DNA of 63,061 bases, filler included, from Choristocarpus tenellus KU-1152 (GCA_964200185.2; 11 parts of 11 records of this genome joined end to end with filler, not necessarily neighbours in it), one strand, 5' to 3'; counted from the whole stretch's first letter, positions 12,771-25,260 are shown. The notes: generated by a model not told the origin, from the sequence alone. A program made the numbers and translations.

Positions 12771-13008
12771 GTACGAGTTTTGCCCTGTTTATCCATTTGG
12801 GGCTTGGCTTCCCTCAGGGTATTTTAAGACATTACCTACTCAGAAAATTTTCGGAATAGGTAAAATGTGTACGTTGTAAAAAGGTGCGTCGAGAACAAAG
12901 ATATTGACACTTCCTAACAAACACGATAGCCAAAATTTCATCAAAATCGTAACATTGGATTTTGGCCCCCAAATGGACGCGGCGCTACCCTCTAAGATAC
13001 TTTGGCTC
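12771..13008 (-). mobile_element. MITE family A, truncated by gap
   Basis: Family A body ending TACCCTCTAAGATACTTTGGCTC. Confidence 0.9.
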
Positions 13009-13469
13009 TTTGATTATCCGATGAACATGTGTGTCAAGCACTGTGCATAGAACACCTGCAAATCATTTCTACCGCTTTAACACTGAAGAAGAAAAGCCAG
13101 ATCAAGAGTGAGATACCAGTGAACTGAGATGATCCGGCACAAGATTCAAGGGAGGACCGATTGATGAGTATGGGGATGGCTCGACTCAACTCACAAGAAG
13201 CAAGGCACAAGTCGAAACAGTACAATGCCCAGCAATAGTGTCCTAGAGGGTGGGTCAGGAGTCCATTTGAGGCCTTCGTGACCTTGTCGTGATTTTCATG
13301 TCATATGAGTAAACATGTCAGTGTAAGGGCAATTTCCTCCATCTAAGAGCCTCTTCCTTTTCCATCCACCTGCCTGAACCAAATCAAAGGAAATTTACCC
13401 GCAAGAAAGGCATCAAACAGAGGTGTTTTACAACACCTCATCAAGACCCGAATCGACGACTTGGGTTAA

Positions 13470-13647
13470 GATTCAAAGTATCTGGGGGGGGTGGCAGCTA
13501 TCCATTTGGGGCCAATTTTTTCATGTCGCGATTATGGGGTGAATAGGTTGGGTTCATCTGATGGATAATGCAAGTACCCTTTTCCTGGTTATGACCCAAA
13601 TGGACACCCTGGTGTGGACCTCTTCTCCCCCCCAGATATTTTGGGTC
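13470..13647 (+). mobile_element. MITE family B
   Basis: GATTCAAAGTATCTGGGGGG ... CCCCCAGATATTTTGGGTC with a TAA/TAA TSD. Confidence 0.88.
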
Positions 13648-13969
13648 TAAACATCCCCCCTCTATAGGATACTATGGGCTAATGAATCGTAGAACGACTG
13701 TTACTTATACTAGTTATTTATAGTATGAGAAGTAGGGCAGTGGGTAGTGCCTGTTGCCACGGGTTGGGATGCTCCCAAGACCCAAGTGAAGACAATAATA
13801 CAGTGTTGTCCATAACGTTTGAAGATGTTGATGAAATCCATTTCTGAAAGAAGATGTGGAATCCTTGACGAACTTCTGCTTAGGGTTAACTATTTGTATA
13901 ATTGTTACTCCCCATCCATTACCATTATATATCAGCCACAGAAAAATCCTCCATGTCTATCTTCGGCAT

Positions 13970-14147
13970 GGCTCAAAGTATCTCGGGAGGTGTGACTGCT
14001 GTCTAGTTGGGATCAATTTTTTCATGTCGCGATTCTTGGGTAATTTGGTTGCATATGTCCGATGGATAATGTAAATGCACTTTTCCTGATATTTCCCGAA
14101 TGGACACCCTGGTGTAGACCCCCTCCCCTCCCCAGATACTTTGGGTC
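13970..14147 (+). mobile_element. MITE family B abutting the 3' end of the mariner ORF
   Basis: GGCTCAAAGTATCTCGGG ... CCCCAGATACTTTGGGTC with a CAT/CAT TSD. Confidence 0.88.
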
Positions 14148-15637
14148 CATGTTTTCAAGCTCGCCAGACAACTGCCTCTTCCTTACCCCTGTGTGCTCCA
14201 CACTGAAGTCAATCCCCCCTTTGTATCTAAGTACTTGATTGTACACCACAAGAAGGAGCTGCCAAGCCCTATCAAGCGTGGTTTCATCATACTCCTCATA
14301 CTGTTTCTTAATGACCTTCACTATCTCCTCAACGAAACCAAACCGCTCCCCCATCACCCGGCATTTCAAAGACCTGAAGAAGAACAGGCCCATGATATTG
14401 AGGTCAGGGGATTTAAATTGCTGCGTCACAAGCCTAATCGACCACCCCTCCGTCTTCCCTGCCCCTGACGAGATTTCTGAGTTGCCCTTGCCCGTGTGGG
14501 GGGTGGCACTGTCTTGCAGAATAACAATGTGCTTCCCCTGCAACCAAGGCATCTTGGTCTTGATTGCAAGCAGTAACTCCTCCGTGTACCACTTCCTGTA
14601 CCACAAATGGTCTCAAGTACAGTCCTGCTCATACACATCACCCTTTTTGTGGTTCTTGCTTGTCCTCTCTGCCGTTCTTGGCGTACACAAACGCCAAGCA
14701 CCATGCTTTCCGCCAAAGCTGTGAGCCGAATCTGGGCGGGCTTTGGTTGCAATAATCATTGTCTTGGGGATATGGCTCTTGTGCTGTACAGTAGGGGACC
14801 CTCGAAGGTCGCTATCATCCTCATGCAGAAATACCCTAACCCTTTCACGTCAGCCATCACATAAAACCAGGTTTCATCCACATGGAGGTGTACACACCAC
14901 GTTTCCGGTCCACTTGATCGCAAACAACTTTCATTCTCCATACGTTTCGGCACGATTCGAGCGTGGGTTTGATCCAGCGGCGATTCAGCATGGCCCCCAT
15001 ATCATCCAACCACCTTTTTATGGTGCTTGTGCTATAATTCAGCCCCTTGGCGTCCATCTTCATTGTCACCTGACGCACTGTGGATGACCAATTGTCAGAG
15101 TCGATGCTATGTAGTGCGGCGATCTTGGTCGGTGTGAGTTCCCAAGGCCGTCCACAATGTACCACCACCCCTAGGTCAAGCGTGTGGCCATGGGTGAGCT
15201 GATCAGCGACATCTTCCAGAGCCCTCACATGTAATGCTCGGACACTCCAAACTCTGCTACGAGGGCTGGCCCAACGTGTCGCGGCAGTTTATGCTCACCA
15301 GGGACCATCGCGAGGGTGTGCCGCACTGCAAGCACAACCCTGGTATTCAGGGACACTTGAGCACCCTTCCTACGGGGGGGTGTCGACGGGGGGGTTGCCA
15401 TGCTGACGTTCTGATCCTTGACATGCCCAGTTCTGGCCTCAAATTCACCCCAAAAGATCCCTACTTTGACGGCTTGAAGCACCTCGAGTTTGTACCTGAT
15501 GATCCTCGACCCCCACCGTTTATGACAGCTGAGCTTGTCACGCCAATTTCATTCTGTGGGGTTATCGTCCGATTCGGTGCCGTTCTCGCTCGGCGAGTCC
15601 AGATGTTTCGCGGCACAAACTTATTTCACAGAGGTAA
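14148..15637 (-). mobile_element. Decayed Tc1/mariner element, DD39D (plant-mariner/Soymar-like) transposase pseudogene
   Basis: Frameshifted minus-strand ORFs carry HVDETWFY, ILQDSATPH, SPDLNIMxLFFFRSL and AWQLL..VYNQV. A putative 5' terminus TA|TTACCTCTGTG at 15637 resembles Stowaway/mariner CTCCCTCCGT ends. Confidence 0.88.
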
Positions 15638-16561
15638 TATATTAGTAAAATGAATTATAGTCATGTCCCATTTACTGTGGTACAACAAAACAGCATACAT
15701 CAGTAGCATAGTATGCTGGAGTATTCTGTTCCTTTGTTGTATGCTATATCGAGTGCCAAGAAGAAAAAGATCTTTATGACCTGGGGGATACAGAATTAAA
15801 GGGAAATCCATGCTTTGGAAATAGTTGAAAACCCATCAAGAAAGCGAGCACTGATGCCTAGCCTACTCGCATACTAGAGCTATGTACTTGAAAATAATTA
15901 GTGCTCTTACTGCGAAGACTTTTCTGTTCTCTTTGTGAAAATTATATACTAGTTGTATAGATGTTTCAAGTGACGAATCTAGTTCGTGTGTCAAGCACTG
16001 TCTTATGAACTTCAGAATAATATGATATGTACCTTGAGGCGTTCATATCAACGGTACTCCGGTTGATACTGTGAGAATTAATTAATGACATTGTTGCAGA
16101 ACACGTCGAACAACAAACAATATAATAGCAATGACAGTAAGAAAATATATTCAACACAATATTTTGTGAGGAATGAAATGTACAACTGGTCCACTATTGT
16201 TGCTTTTTTTTTATGACTCTCCTTCTTCACAATCAACACGCCATGCACACCTCACAGGCGTGACATCCAGAGAGTGGTAAAAAATGCCGATAGACCACGG
16301 AGTTGTCGGTCAAAGTCCACCTCAGCCAGGACCAGAGTGTTATGCTGCAGGTGCAGGAGACTGTCGCATGTACCTCAAGGTGGGTTCAATCCATTTCATC
16401 AATATCTACACTGGTCAGGGTGAGAAAGGAAGAGCATGCGCCCTCAAACAATCAAATGCTCTTGGCAATGCATGCACAGAACAATAGAGCGTGTGTGGGG
16501 TAGATGTTGAAGCAAATACAATAATATTGCTCTTTAAGCATTTTCCACAGCAAATGGTCCT

Positions 16562-16662
16562 GGGCCAAAGTATCTTAGAGGGCAGAGCCGCATCCATTTG
16601 GGGACCAAAATCCAATTTTGCGATTTTGATGTAATGTTGGCTATCGTGTTTGTTAGGAAGTG
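16562..16662 (+). mobile_element. MITE family A 5' half, cut by gap
   Basis: GGGCCAAAGTATCTTAGAGGGCAGAGCCGC... Confidence 0.88.
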
Positions 16663-16762
16663 NNNNNNNNNNNNNNNNNNNNNNNNNNNNNNNNNNNNNN
16701 NNNNNNTTAATTAATTAANNNNNNNNNNNNNNNNNNNNNNNNNNNNNNNNNNNNNNNNNNNN

Positions 16763-16803
16763 AGATACTACACATGATCTTAGCCAAAAGGCCGAGAAGG
16801 TAT
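16763..16803 (-). ncRNA. U2: U2 spliceosomal snRNA, first 41 nt (rest lost in gap)
   Basis: The minus strand reads ATACCTTCTCGGCCTTTTGGCTAAGATCATGTGTAGTATCT: U2 stem-loop I (GCC-TTTT-GGC) and the branch-site recognition sequence GTAGTA. Confidence 0.95.
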
Positions 16804-16827
16804 GGTCACCGTGCTCCTCGGGACTTC

Positions 16828-16835
16828 ATATATAA
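16828..16835 (-). promoter_or_regulatory. TATA box of the U2 gene (-32 to -25)
   Basis: TTATATAT on the minus strand at the spacing expected for a TATA-containing snRNA promoter. Confidence 0.6.
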
Positions 16836-16911
16836 CTCAAAAGTCAGTTATCCCACACACGTTTGGAACAAACTCAGCAACCTTCATCATAATTAATACC
16901 CATTATATATC

Positions 16912-16993
16912 GACGATTTCGTTTAGTGATTAAAATGACTATTCCCTGCATGAATTCCGCTGGTTCGAACCCCTTCGACGTCAGAATTCTTTT
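16912..16993 (+). pseudogene. Degenerate tRNA-like element (A box, B box, T4 terminator) divergent from U2
   Basis: 72-nt tRNA geometry at 16912-16983: acceptor GACG../..CGTC-A, D arm GTTT-AGTGATTA-AAAT, T loop GGTTCGAACCC in register, TTTT at 16990-16993. The anticodon and T stems are mismatched. Confidence 0.65.
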
Positions 16994-17399
16994 CGCGGAA
17001 ATCTGGTTTCGATTATCCAATTCCACGTGACGACCACAACAGATTGTACACCTGTACTATCCCGTTTGTGGTTATACCACGAAACGACTCGATCAATATC
17101 GAGGTGGGTCCAGTAAAAGATTCAAGGGAGGAGGCAGTGTGATGAGTCGTGGGATTTCAGAACCCAATACATAGGAAAACAACCCCACCATTAACAGAGT
17201 ATGAAGGCAGAAAACTTGATGGGAAGACATTTGCGACACAGCATAATGAGGACGAACCACCCCAAGGAGCTATACCACATGGAACTCCTACTCCAACTGG
17301 TGCTACAAACTGAAAAAATTCCACCGTTGTAATCCATCCAATTAGCTAGAAGTGTCTCAATACACTCCATTCAACAGCAAGTACAAGAAGCGAGGCACA

Positions 17400-17606
17400 G
17401 GCTCAAAGTATCTGGGGTACAGACACAAAGTATCTGGGGAGGGGGTGGCTGCTGTTCAGTAGGGGCCCAGGTTTCCATGTCGCGAGTTTTGGGTGATTTT
17501 GTTGTATTCGTCGGATGGGGAATGGAAGTGCACTTCGCCTGATCAGAACCCGAATGGACACCTTGGTGTAGACCCCCCCATACACACACCTCAGATACTT
17601 CGAGTC
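17400..17606 (+). mobile_element. MITE family B with duplicated left TIR
   Basis: GGCTCAAAGTATCTGGGG-TACA-GACACAAAGTATCTGGGG ... CAGATACTTCGAGTC. Confidence 0.85.
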
Positions 17607-18633
17607 AAATACAAGAAACAGAGGGCTCGTGTTGTGTCTTATACTGGTGGGGGGGAGTCAGCACCTATGGCGCTATACTATGGTATATACCGCATGAGGC
17701 ATCATCGGGAATAGTCAGGTTGATTTCATGGTCAATCATGGTGCTATACTTCATCTTGAAACCCGCTGGCATATGAAGTTCAATAGATACGTTTCAGTTC
17801 ACAGTACCATTGACTCCTCCTGTAATAGACCACTATCCGCGACTTACCTCCGATATATAAGTTTGTCCTATAATCTATCACGAAACACCATAAATAGAAA
17901 GTACAACTTTATATCATTCGTTGATGTAGTATAATGGTTGCAAAAACACTATCAGAGTGAACTTCGCTTTGAAGCATGGTAAAGATGAGAGAGGTTACAC
18001 AGTCAGATAAATGGAATGGTTTCAAAGCTTTGGGTTGAAAGTTGGCACATCAGTACAACGATTATCCAAGTTCAATCCAGTTGAAACAAGACACGTACCT
18101 TGTCCAATACCTCACAGTTGTGAATGCGAGAACCTCGGAACCTATTGACCCTCTCGTTATGTCTTAGGCTACCTGGCTTACTGCATCACTAGTGAACCTA
18201 GGTATCAACGTTTTACAATCCTAACGACTTTCTTTTCTCAACTCTCAGTTGTACTCTGACAAGGGCTCATCAACTACAAGCTATATATACTACGCTTGTG
18301 CCTTCTGCAATTCCTGGTCCTGTAAGGTGGAGTAGATTACTTCTTGTGATGACCCTGTGGACAGGTGTCAACTATTTCCTCCCTACAAGTACCTGATACT
18401 CTCTGTCGTATCGCAAGGTGAGAGCACACCTTCTGTTCCCCCAACCACCGCCCACCCCATCAGGGAATGCCGATTAAATATGATAGGTAACTCAGTGGCT
18501 GAGTAGCTAATGATTGGACGGCTTGTTAGTTCTACACCTGCGGACGGTGGCGCAGGACAAACCAGGGAAAATGTATGGTATCCGTGCAGGAGATGGAAGG
18601 TTTATCCTCGGACTGAGCCGTACTTTGTGTTCA

Positions 18634-18824
18634 CGACCCAACGCATTTAAGAGGGTAGGTCCGCGTCCCTTCAGGGTCATAAATGCAATGTTGCGATTTT
18701 GATGAATTTTGGTATACTGTACGATGGTCGACCCAACGCATTTAAGAGGGTAGGGCCGCGTCCCTTCAGGGTCATAAATGTAATGTTGCGATTTTGATGA
18801 ATTTTGGCATTATTGTACGATGGT
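18634..18824 (+). repeat. Two tandem ~95-bp units related to the left end of MITE family A
   Basis: CGACCCAACGCATTTAAGAGGGTAGG.CCGCGTCCC...AATGTTGCGATTTTGATG occurs twice and shares AGAGGGTA..CCGCGTCC..AATGTTGCGATTTTGATG with family A. Confidence 0.85.
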
Positions 18825-19094
18825 GGCCATGATAGATACACATCCCCAGTACGTAGCAACGATCCAAGACTCGAAACTCCCTCCACTATTCGCGACAAGC
18901 CCAACCGATTCGGACACTGCAGAGTCGTCTTGAAGTTGCGCCATGGAGTCTGAGGCTCCAACGACCCATGTCATTCGAACTATAGACATTATGACTTTTA
19001 GGAACTTTTAGGATAATGGTGGGGCTACCTTACGAAATTATTTTAGGAGCGACATTTTGTAGACAACACTAGAGCATACGGTCATCTAGAGAAG

Positions 19095-19288
19095 GAGTGA
19101 AAGTATCTTAGAGGGTACGATTTTTGCCCTGTTTGTCCATTTGGGGGCTTGTCTTCCCTCAGGGTATTTTATGACTTTTTCCTACTCTAAAAATTTTCGG
19201 AGTAGGTAAAATGTGTACGTTGTAAAAAGGTGTGTCTAGAACAAGGGTATTGACACTTCCTAACAAACACGATAGTAAAAATTTCGTC
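19095..19288 (-). mobile_element. MITE family A, cut by gap
   Basis: GAGTGAAAGTATCTTAGAGGGTACG... family A body. Confidence 0.9.
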
Positions 19289-20704
19289 NNNNNNNNNNNN
19301 NNNNNNNNNNNNNNNNNNNNNNNNNNNNNNNNTTAATTAATTAANNNNNNNNNNNNNNNNNNNNNNNNNNNNNNNNNNNNNNNNNNNNTTACTGATCTGT
19401 TATGAGATTAGAGCCAAGACCTTGAAACTCGGTCCACCCTCTGAGGTGATTTTAAAAAGGTGTGGAATGCACAGCCTCCTCCCCATCCCCCCAACCTGTT
19501 CAGTCCGGTGATTGTGATTGCCCCCTTGAGCAAAAAAGAACTTGGTACCTTTGACACTTTCACAGATTAGTCTTTTCCATGTTTTATAGTGTTCTTATGT
19601 TTAGGATGTTTTATTTCCTTAGGGAAAATATCGACATATATATATAGAATAATAATATTAAAATATACGACAACTATTCCTTTTTATATTCGTCACACAT
19701 CCCATTCTATAAATTAAGAATGATTTCTCTTGAAATTGGACTAGAGAATAATACTGAAATTGCATACGTCGAGATGAAATGAAGATGTTCCGAATCTCTT
19801 ACTAGTTTTGAGAAATCACTGTCCTTACATCAGCGAAAAGGAAAAGAGACATCTTCTTTCTTCTCGAACATTTCTAAATCAATTTACTAATCAACAATAA
19901 AAAGGGTCTACATTGGTTCTCACAATATTCTTAGATTCTACCAACAAAATGATACATTATTGCTTAATGAAAATATCTCTATATTTATTTTGTTTTGCAT
20001 ATGCCAAAAATGTGCCTGCAGAATGAATAAAACTTCTGAAGTTCGTCGTTTTTGTCAACAACTCCTCCATTATAAGCTACCTCTACAGTCCGGTAAATCT
20101 CGCATAGTTCATGACCATATCGGCTTGGTATAAGGAAATTTAGGTATGAGAAGTTTATTTCTGCAATACATCCTATACAACCCCAAAAAAATGATGGTAT
20201 GATGAACTGTAAACGATAATCAACCTTGTCTCTTTCTCTTGTGCAACTACTGTATGGAATGAGGGGATTGTTTGAAAAGGATCCCAAATCCAAAACATAG
20301 TGTGAGTAGGTAGCTCGAACGACATAGTGTACACTTGAAAAGAACATCAATAAGGCATGTTTTTGGTGCAACAAGATAAGGTAGGAGTGTGTTATCTTCA
20401 GTGCATGATTACCTCCAGGACCTACCACTCGATATGGACTAATTTACTTGGCTGAAGGGACATAATTCGCCAGTTCAATGGTGCCCATCATATGATAGAA
20501 ACTTGTTTTTCTATTTCAACCTTAAAAGCACAACTTTACAACCACCGTTTGTTATATATTGTGAGTATGTTGGACGCGTGTATTGTTGAGATGTATCAGT
20601 GTCCACATCAGTGACTTCAACTTCTCTGTTCAATAACATGTTTATCATCAATCCTCTGCCTTAACAGATACGCCACCGCAAGGCAAGGCGGGAGGTCTTT
20701 GGCG

Positions 20705-22971
20705 ATGAAATTCTCTTGGGAATATGCACATCTGGTGCTCGTAATGTTTGTGCTGGGTACGCCTAGCAAAGCAAATCAATTTGGTAGGGATGGAATTCCC
20801 TCCGTAGGGTTAGACCGCGTGGAGTTTATGTCCGACAATTCGGTCATACGCGACATAACATCCAGTATCGAAGAGGACAAGTGGGCCACAGGTGAGGGTG
20901 GAAGAGGCGATAGACGGAAGCACATACTGGATGATTAATTTTAAACGGGGTGTATGATATGAGGTAACCTACTCTCAATAAATATTTGATGTCATAGAAA
21001 GGTGTTCAGATGGGGAAGGTGAGACTTAGGGTCGGAGTTGTACGTTTTCTTGTCCGTGGCTTTCTACTCTCGAGCGAAGCACCGTGCACATGCAGTTATT
21101 ATGCTTCTTCCCAAGTTGTTGAAGCACTCTACTGTTGATATCCAATGTTCGCGGACCATGCTTGTCGATACCACTGTCAGCTTAAGCGTAGATTTCCTGG
21201 AGGAAATGATAGACGTCATTGTTTGCTGTAGTGTTACTGAGGAATAGCAGCCAAACTCGAGTGGTTTCCGGTTCAGAGTTCAACAAGAGTACGCACAACT
21301 CCCCGTTTCTGGCTGCCTCCGTCCACTCTACGTTGAAACTACAAGTGACGAATATTGAACTTGGGAGGCTGGACTGCGACACGCTTGGTATAGGAGAAGA
21401 TGCCCAGCTCCTAGAATTCACCATCAGCAGGACAGAGGTCAGGAAATATAGAGGATTTTAGCGTCCGCTAGGACTGTTCTTGACCCTATACAAAGAAACT
21501 TTAGAGTACCTACGTTGGTTGTTGGTATGACTGTGTTCCATTCTACTGTAGAGTGTTATCCACACAAGTATAGATTTGACTGCTCTTCGAGAAGTGAATG
21601 ATAAATTGAAAACCACGAAACATGTTGCGTCACACTTCTCATACTTCCTTGAATTGTTCAAACATTGTGTGAGGTTCTCCTAGACCTTGAGTGGTATCCC
21701 TGATTTAGCCCCAACCTTTCAAGCGTAGACCAACAAAAGAATATGACCCATCACATACTTCAAATTTCCTAACATCTTCCCTCTTTTTTTCGACTCCTAC
21801 AGAGTGTCCTTGCCTCTTTAAAATCGTTCACGGTGCAAGAACCGGAGATATTCTCTAATAAGCAAGCCCGTAAGGTAAGAAATCGAAGTTGAGTTGTCCA
21901 AGTACGTCAATGAATATGACTGGCGGCAGGCCTGGGAAAGCTAGAGTTTATCTTCCTTCTGTTGTGCTTAGAAGTTTACCACCACTTGTATGATGTCCTA
22001 TCGAAGTTTGCATATGTGTAGTATTGGGTGCAAAAATGCAAACTATTTTTTCTTGTCAAATCAAATGGGGGGTCTTCTTCTACCTGATAGGTGGAGAAGC
22101 CCTCATGGTATATTTGAGGGAAAATTTTCTTGTTAGGATAAGTGAGGATACTACAAGAAACGTTTACAATGGACTAACGACAACAGAGTTACTTCCTGGG
22201 TCCTCAAGCCTGCTGTAGCCTTGTGGGACGGACCTTCCTATTCAAATGAAGGCTCTGATGGAAATAAATTCAAATTATCACAAGACCACACACTCATTCT
22301 CCATATGATTATTTGTAGGGCCTGGTGAAACAGCACCCACCCTTCTCTCTCTCTATTTTGTATCATCACTGCTTAACTCTAATCAAGACAGTTTTAGCAG
22401 TAAGGGTTAGTTTGGAATTTCTCTCAACTAAGTGTTTCAACCTCCTTCAATACAGATTTGGATGGGTGATATCATCGATACAACAACTGAAGGCACTCCT
22501 CTTCCAAGAACAATTTCTATGACTTGGACTGATGACTGCAATATTGAGGTAACATGGAGAAGAATCAGTATGACTTTTTGCGTAAGAATAATGTTGACTT
22601 CTGTCATACAAATAAGTTCAATTGTACCAATTGAATGGAAACATTGAGAAGTAATAACTAGTTTGTAGCTGAGTAAGATACCTGGTAATGTGTACACCGA
22701 TCATGGTGTACAGAAACATTTCACCAACTCAATTAACAGTACTTCATATTCAGGCTGTGCGACTTGCACATGGTTGATGCTATCGTAGCTCCGACAAGGA
22801 CAAGAACTAATATTACATCCCCTCGTTGTTTGCATCACTCCTTCCGTACATTTTGATTCTTTCTAGGCTTTTCTGCTCAAAATAATCACTTCATCCATGA
22901 ACGGCTTCACTTCCGTTCTCAAGTCCATTCCTTGTCCAGCTGGGGATGACAAAGATATCTGCATGGTCGAG
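20705..22971 (+). CDS. Secreted protein of unknown family, 5' part. Exons 20705-20891, 21232-21437, 21803-21874, 22456-22548, 22867-22971, continuing into the gap
   Basis: Five GT-AG exons with compatible phases (1,0,0,0) give 221 stop-free codons. The N-terminus MKFSWEYAHLVLVMFVLGTPSKA looks like a signal peptide. Confidence 0.8.
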
Positions 22972-24655
22972 GTAGGCTATTCGGNNNNNNNNNNNNNNNN
23001 NNNNNNNNNNNNNNNNNNNNNNNNNNNNTTAATTAATTAANNNNNNNNNNNNNNNNNNNNNNNNNNNNNNNNNNNNNNNNNNNNCTTCTCCACATACTCT
23101 TCAGATCCCCCTCCCCCCCAGATACTTTGGGTCTGAAGACCATGGGTGCTTGACTTGAAGGGTGGTCAGGATAGGATATAGTACTACCACCTATTATTCG
23201 TTATTTTTGTTGTGTTGGTGCGCGTGATTATAGGCTGTGTGTGTATTTGTACATTGATTATGTTTTGTGTGTACATCTGCTTATCTTTGTTGCAAATGTG
23301 TGGGTTTGTTGTTGTGCTGATCCACGGTTTGGATGAAATATTCTTCGTTTTCCGATGCTAGCAATGACTTCATTTGTACTTTGATTTTGACAGTACGGAA
23401 ATACGATGTTGAAGCTTAGGTTAGCGTGGTCGTCTCTTGATTTGTTGTGGAATTTATCCAGATAAATAGCTCCACGAGGTATCTATATCACAGCTTACTT
23501 TAGTTGTAGGATGTAGACTATAGAAGGGGTGCAGGACTTGCGTGAGGCTTTATCTGTGTGTTTGGTGTGTCATGTTGCTTTGTTCGTGACCCCCATTTGT
23601 GGGAGTAGAGAGTTAGGATAGTTACGTGACAACTCAGGGGCTCACAGTATTTACGTAGATGTAGTCCTCAAAGGTTTTTACTTAAACTTTAGTGTGCTAC
23701 AGTGGATGGTACGATCTGCTTGTACAGATATATTATTAGGTCATTTTACGGGGAAAAGTATATCAATGTGGTCTATATTTGCTCTGGCTCCTTTTTTGCA
23801 TTAGTCCTTGCTATATTTGTTGTGGCTCAGATGGTTTTAGTCCTTTGTTGATTTTTGTGGACATTCACATATACACAAATACGCACTGTTGTGTAATGGT
23901 TAAGTATCGTAGTCCTGTTGATCCCAGTGGCCAGACCAAGCGTTGGTGATTTGTACCAACTGAACCAAATATCTATTGTCAAGTATTGACGTGAATACAT
24001 TCTGGCACAGAATTAAGGGACCCTGTCAACTACCACTTTGGAACACTTGCCTCAAGTAGTATTTGGGGTGGCTTGTGGGGGATGGTGGGCACTACGATAA
24101 TGATTTATTAGTGACACTGCTGTGCAGAGGAATAACCGTTGAGTTATCTGTTAAAGTGTTCACCGCCTCATGGAGAAGTAGGAGAGATATGCACTCAGAT
24201 ATTTCTTGATGATATAGCATGATTCATTAGGGCAAGGCAAATATGGCAACACCCTATAACATTATAATGGGTTTCCTAACAACTCTATCCCACACTAGAA
24301 CAGTTTTGGGGTTACAAACATTCTCACTCTACATATTATCTGCTACTGTTCTCCGATACATTTGAAGAATCTATTCGAACACCCCCCCTACCTCAAACTA
24401 TCTGATCGGTCACTAGTATTCTTTATATCCTGCATAATCAATATGGATTAAGATATAATATAGAAATAACACCCCTAAATACAGGGAGAGCAGTACTGAA
24501 ATCATTGGGAAAAGTCTAAAACCAACGAGAAAAAATTAAAATCAACAAGAATCGACCGCCGTACATAGCCTTGGTAGTTCAAAAAATAACAGCATGTCTC
24601 CAAAAAAGCTTTCCTGCCAAAGCCATGGTATGCACGTCTGTCTGCTTCCTGCACA

Positions 24656-24900
24656 GAGCCGAGTTATCTTAGAGGTTACAGCCACGTCCATTTGGGGGCC
24701 AAAATCCAATGTTGCGATTTCGATGTAATTTTGACTATCTTGTTTGTCGGGAAGTGTCAATATCCTTGTTCTGGACACGCCTTTTCATGACGCACACATT
24801 TTACATACTGCGAAAACATTTTGGATTTGGCAAGGTCATAAAAAAACCCATGAGAAGCCAAGCCCCAAACGGACAAACATGGAAAACTCGTACCCTACAT
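24656..24900 (+). mobile_element. MITE family A, right TIR eroded
   Basis: GAGCCGAGTTATCTTAGAGGTTA... family A body running to CGTACCCT. Confidence 0.85.
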
Positions 24901-25260
24901 CTGATACGATGTGTATGATCTTGAGCTGGTCCCTGTCCAACAATTCCCTCTGAAAGTGATGTTGTTACCGAAAGGAGTGGTCCCCGTATTGTCCACACAC
25001 ACAACATAGCATGAACCGGTCAGGCTGTACAAACTCCAGAAAACCCCTCAAAACAACTCCTCAATGCAGTCGCCCATGGCGATGCACTCTGTCTCTCAGG
25101 TGGGCTTAATCTGTCCAAAGTCTCATTTGAAAAATCAGCATCAGCATATGAAGTACAGCCCTGATCCTTTCTAGTGCATCAGGTCCAACTCCCCAGTTCC
25201 TTCGAGGTATTATAAAATCTGGTTTACTGCCCTCCAGTGAACCTTGTATTGAGCTTATGA

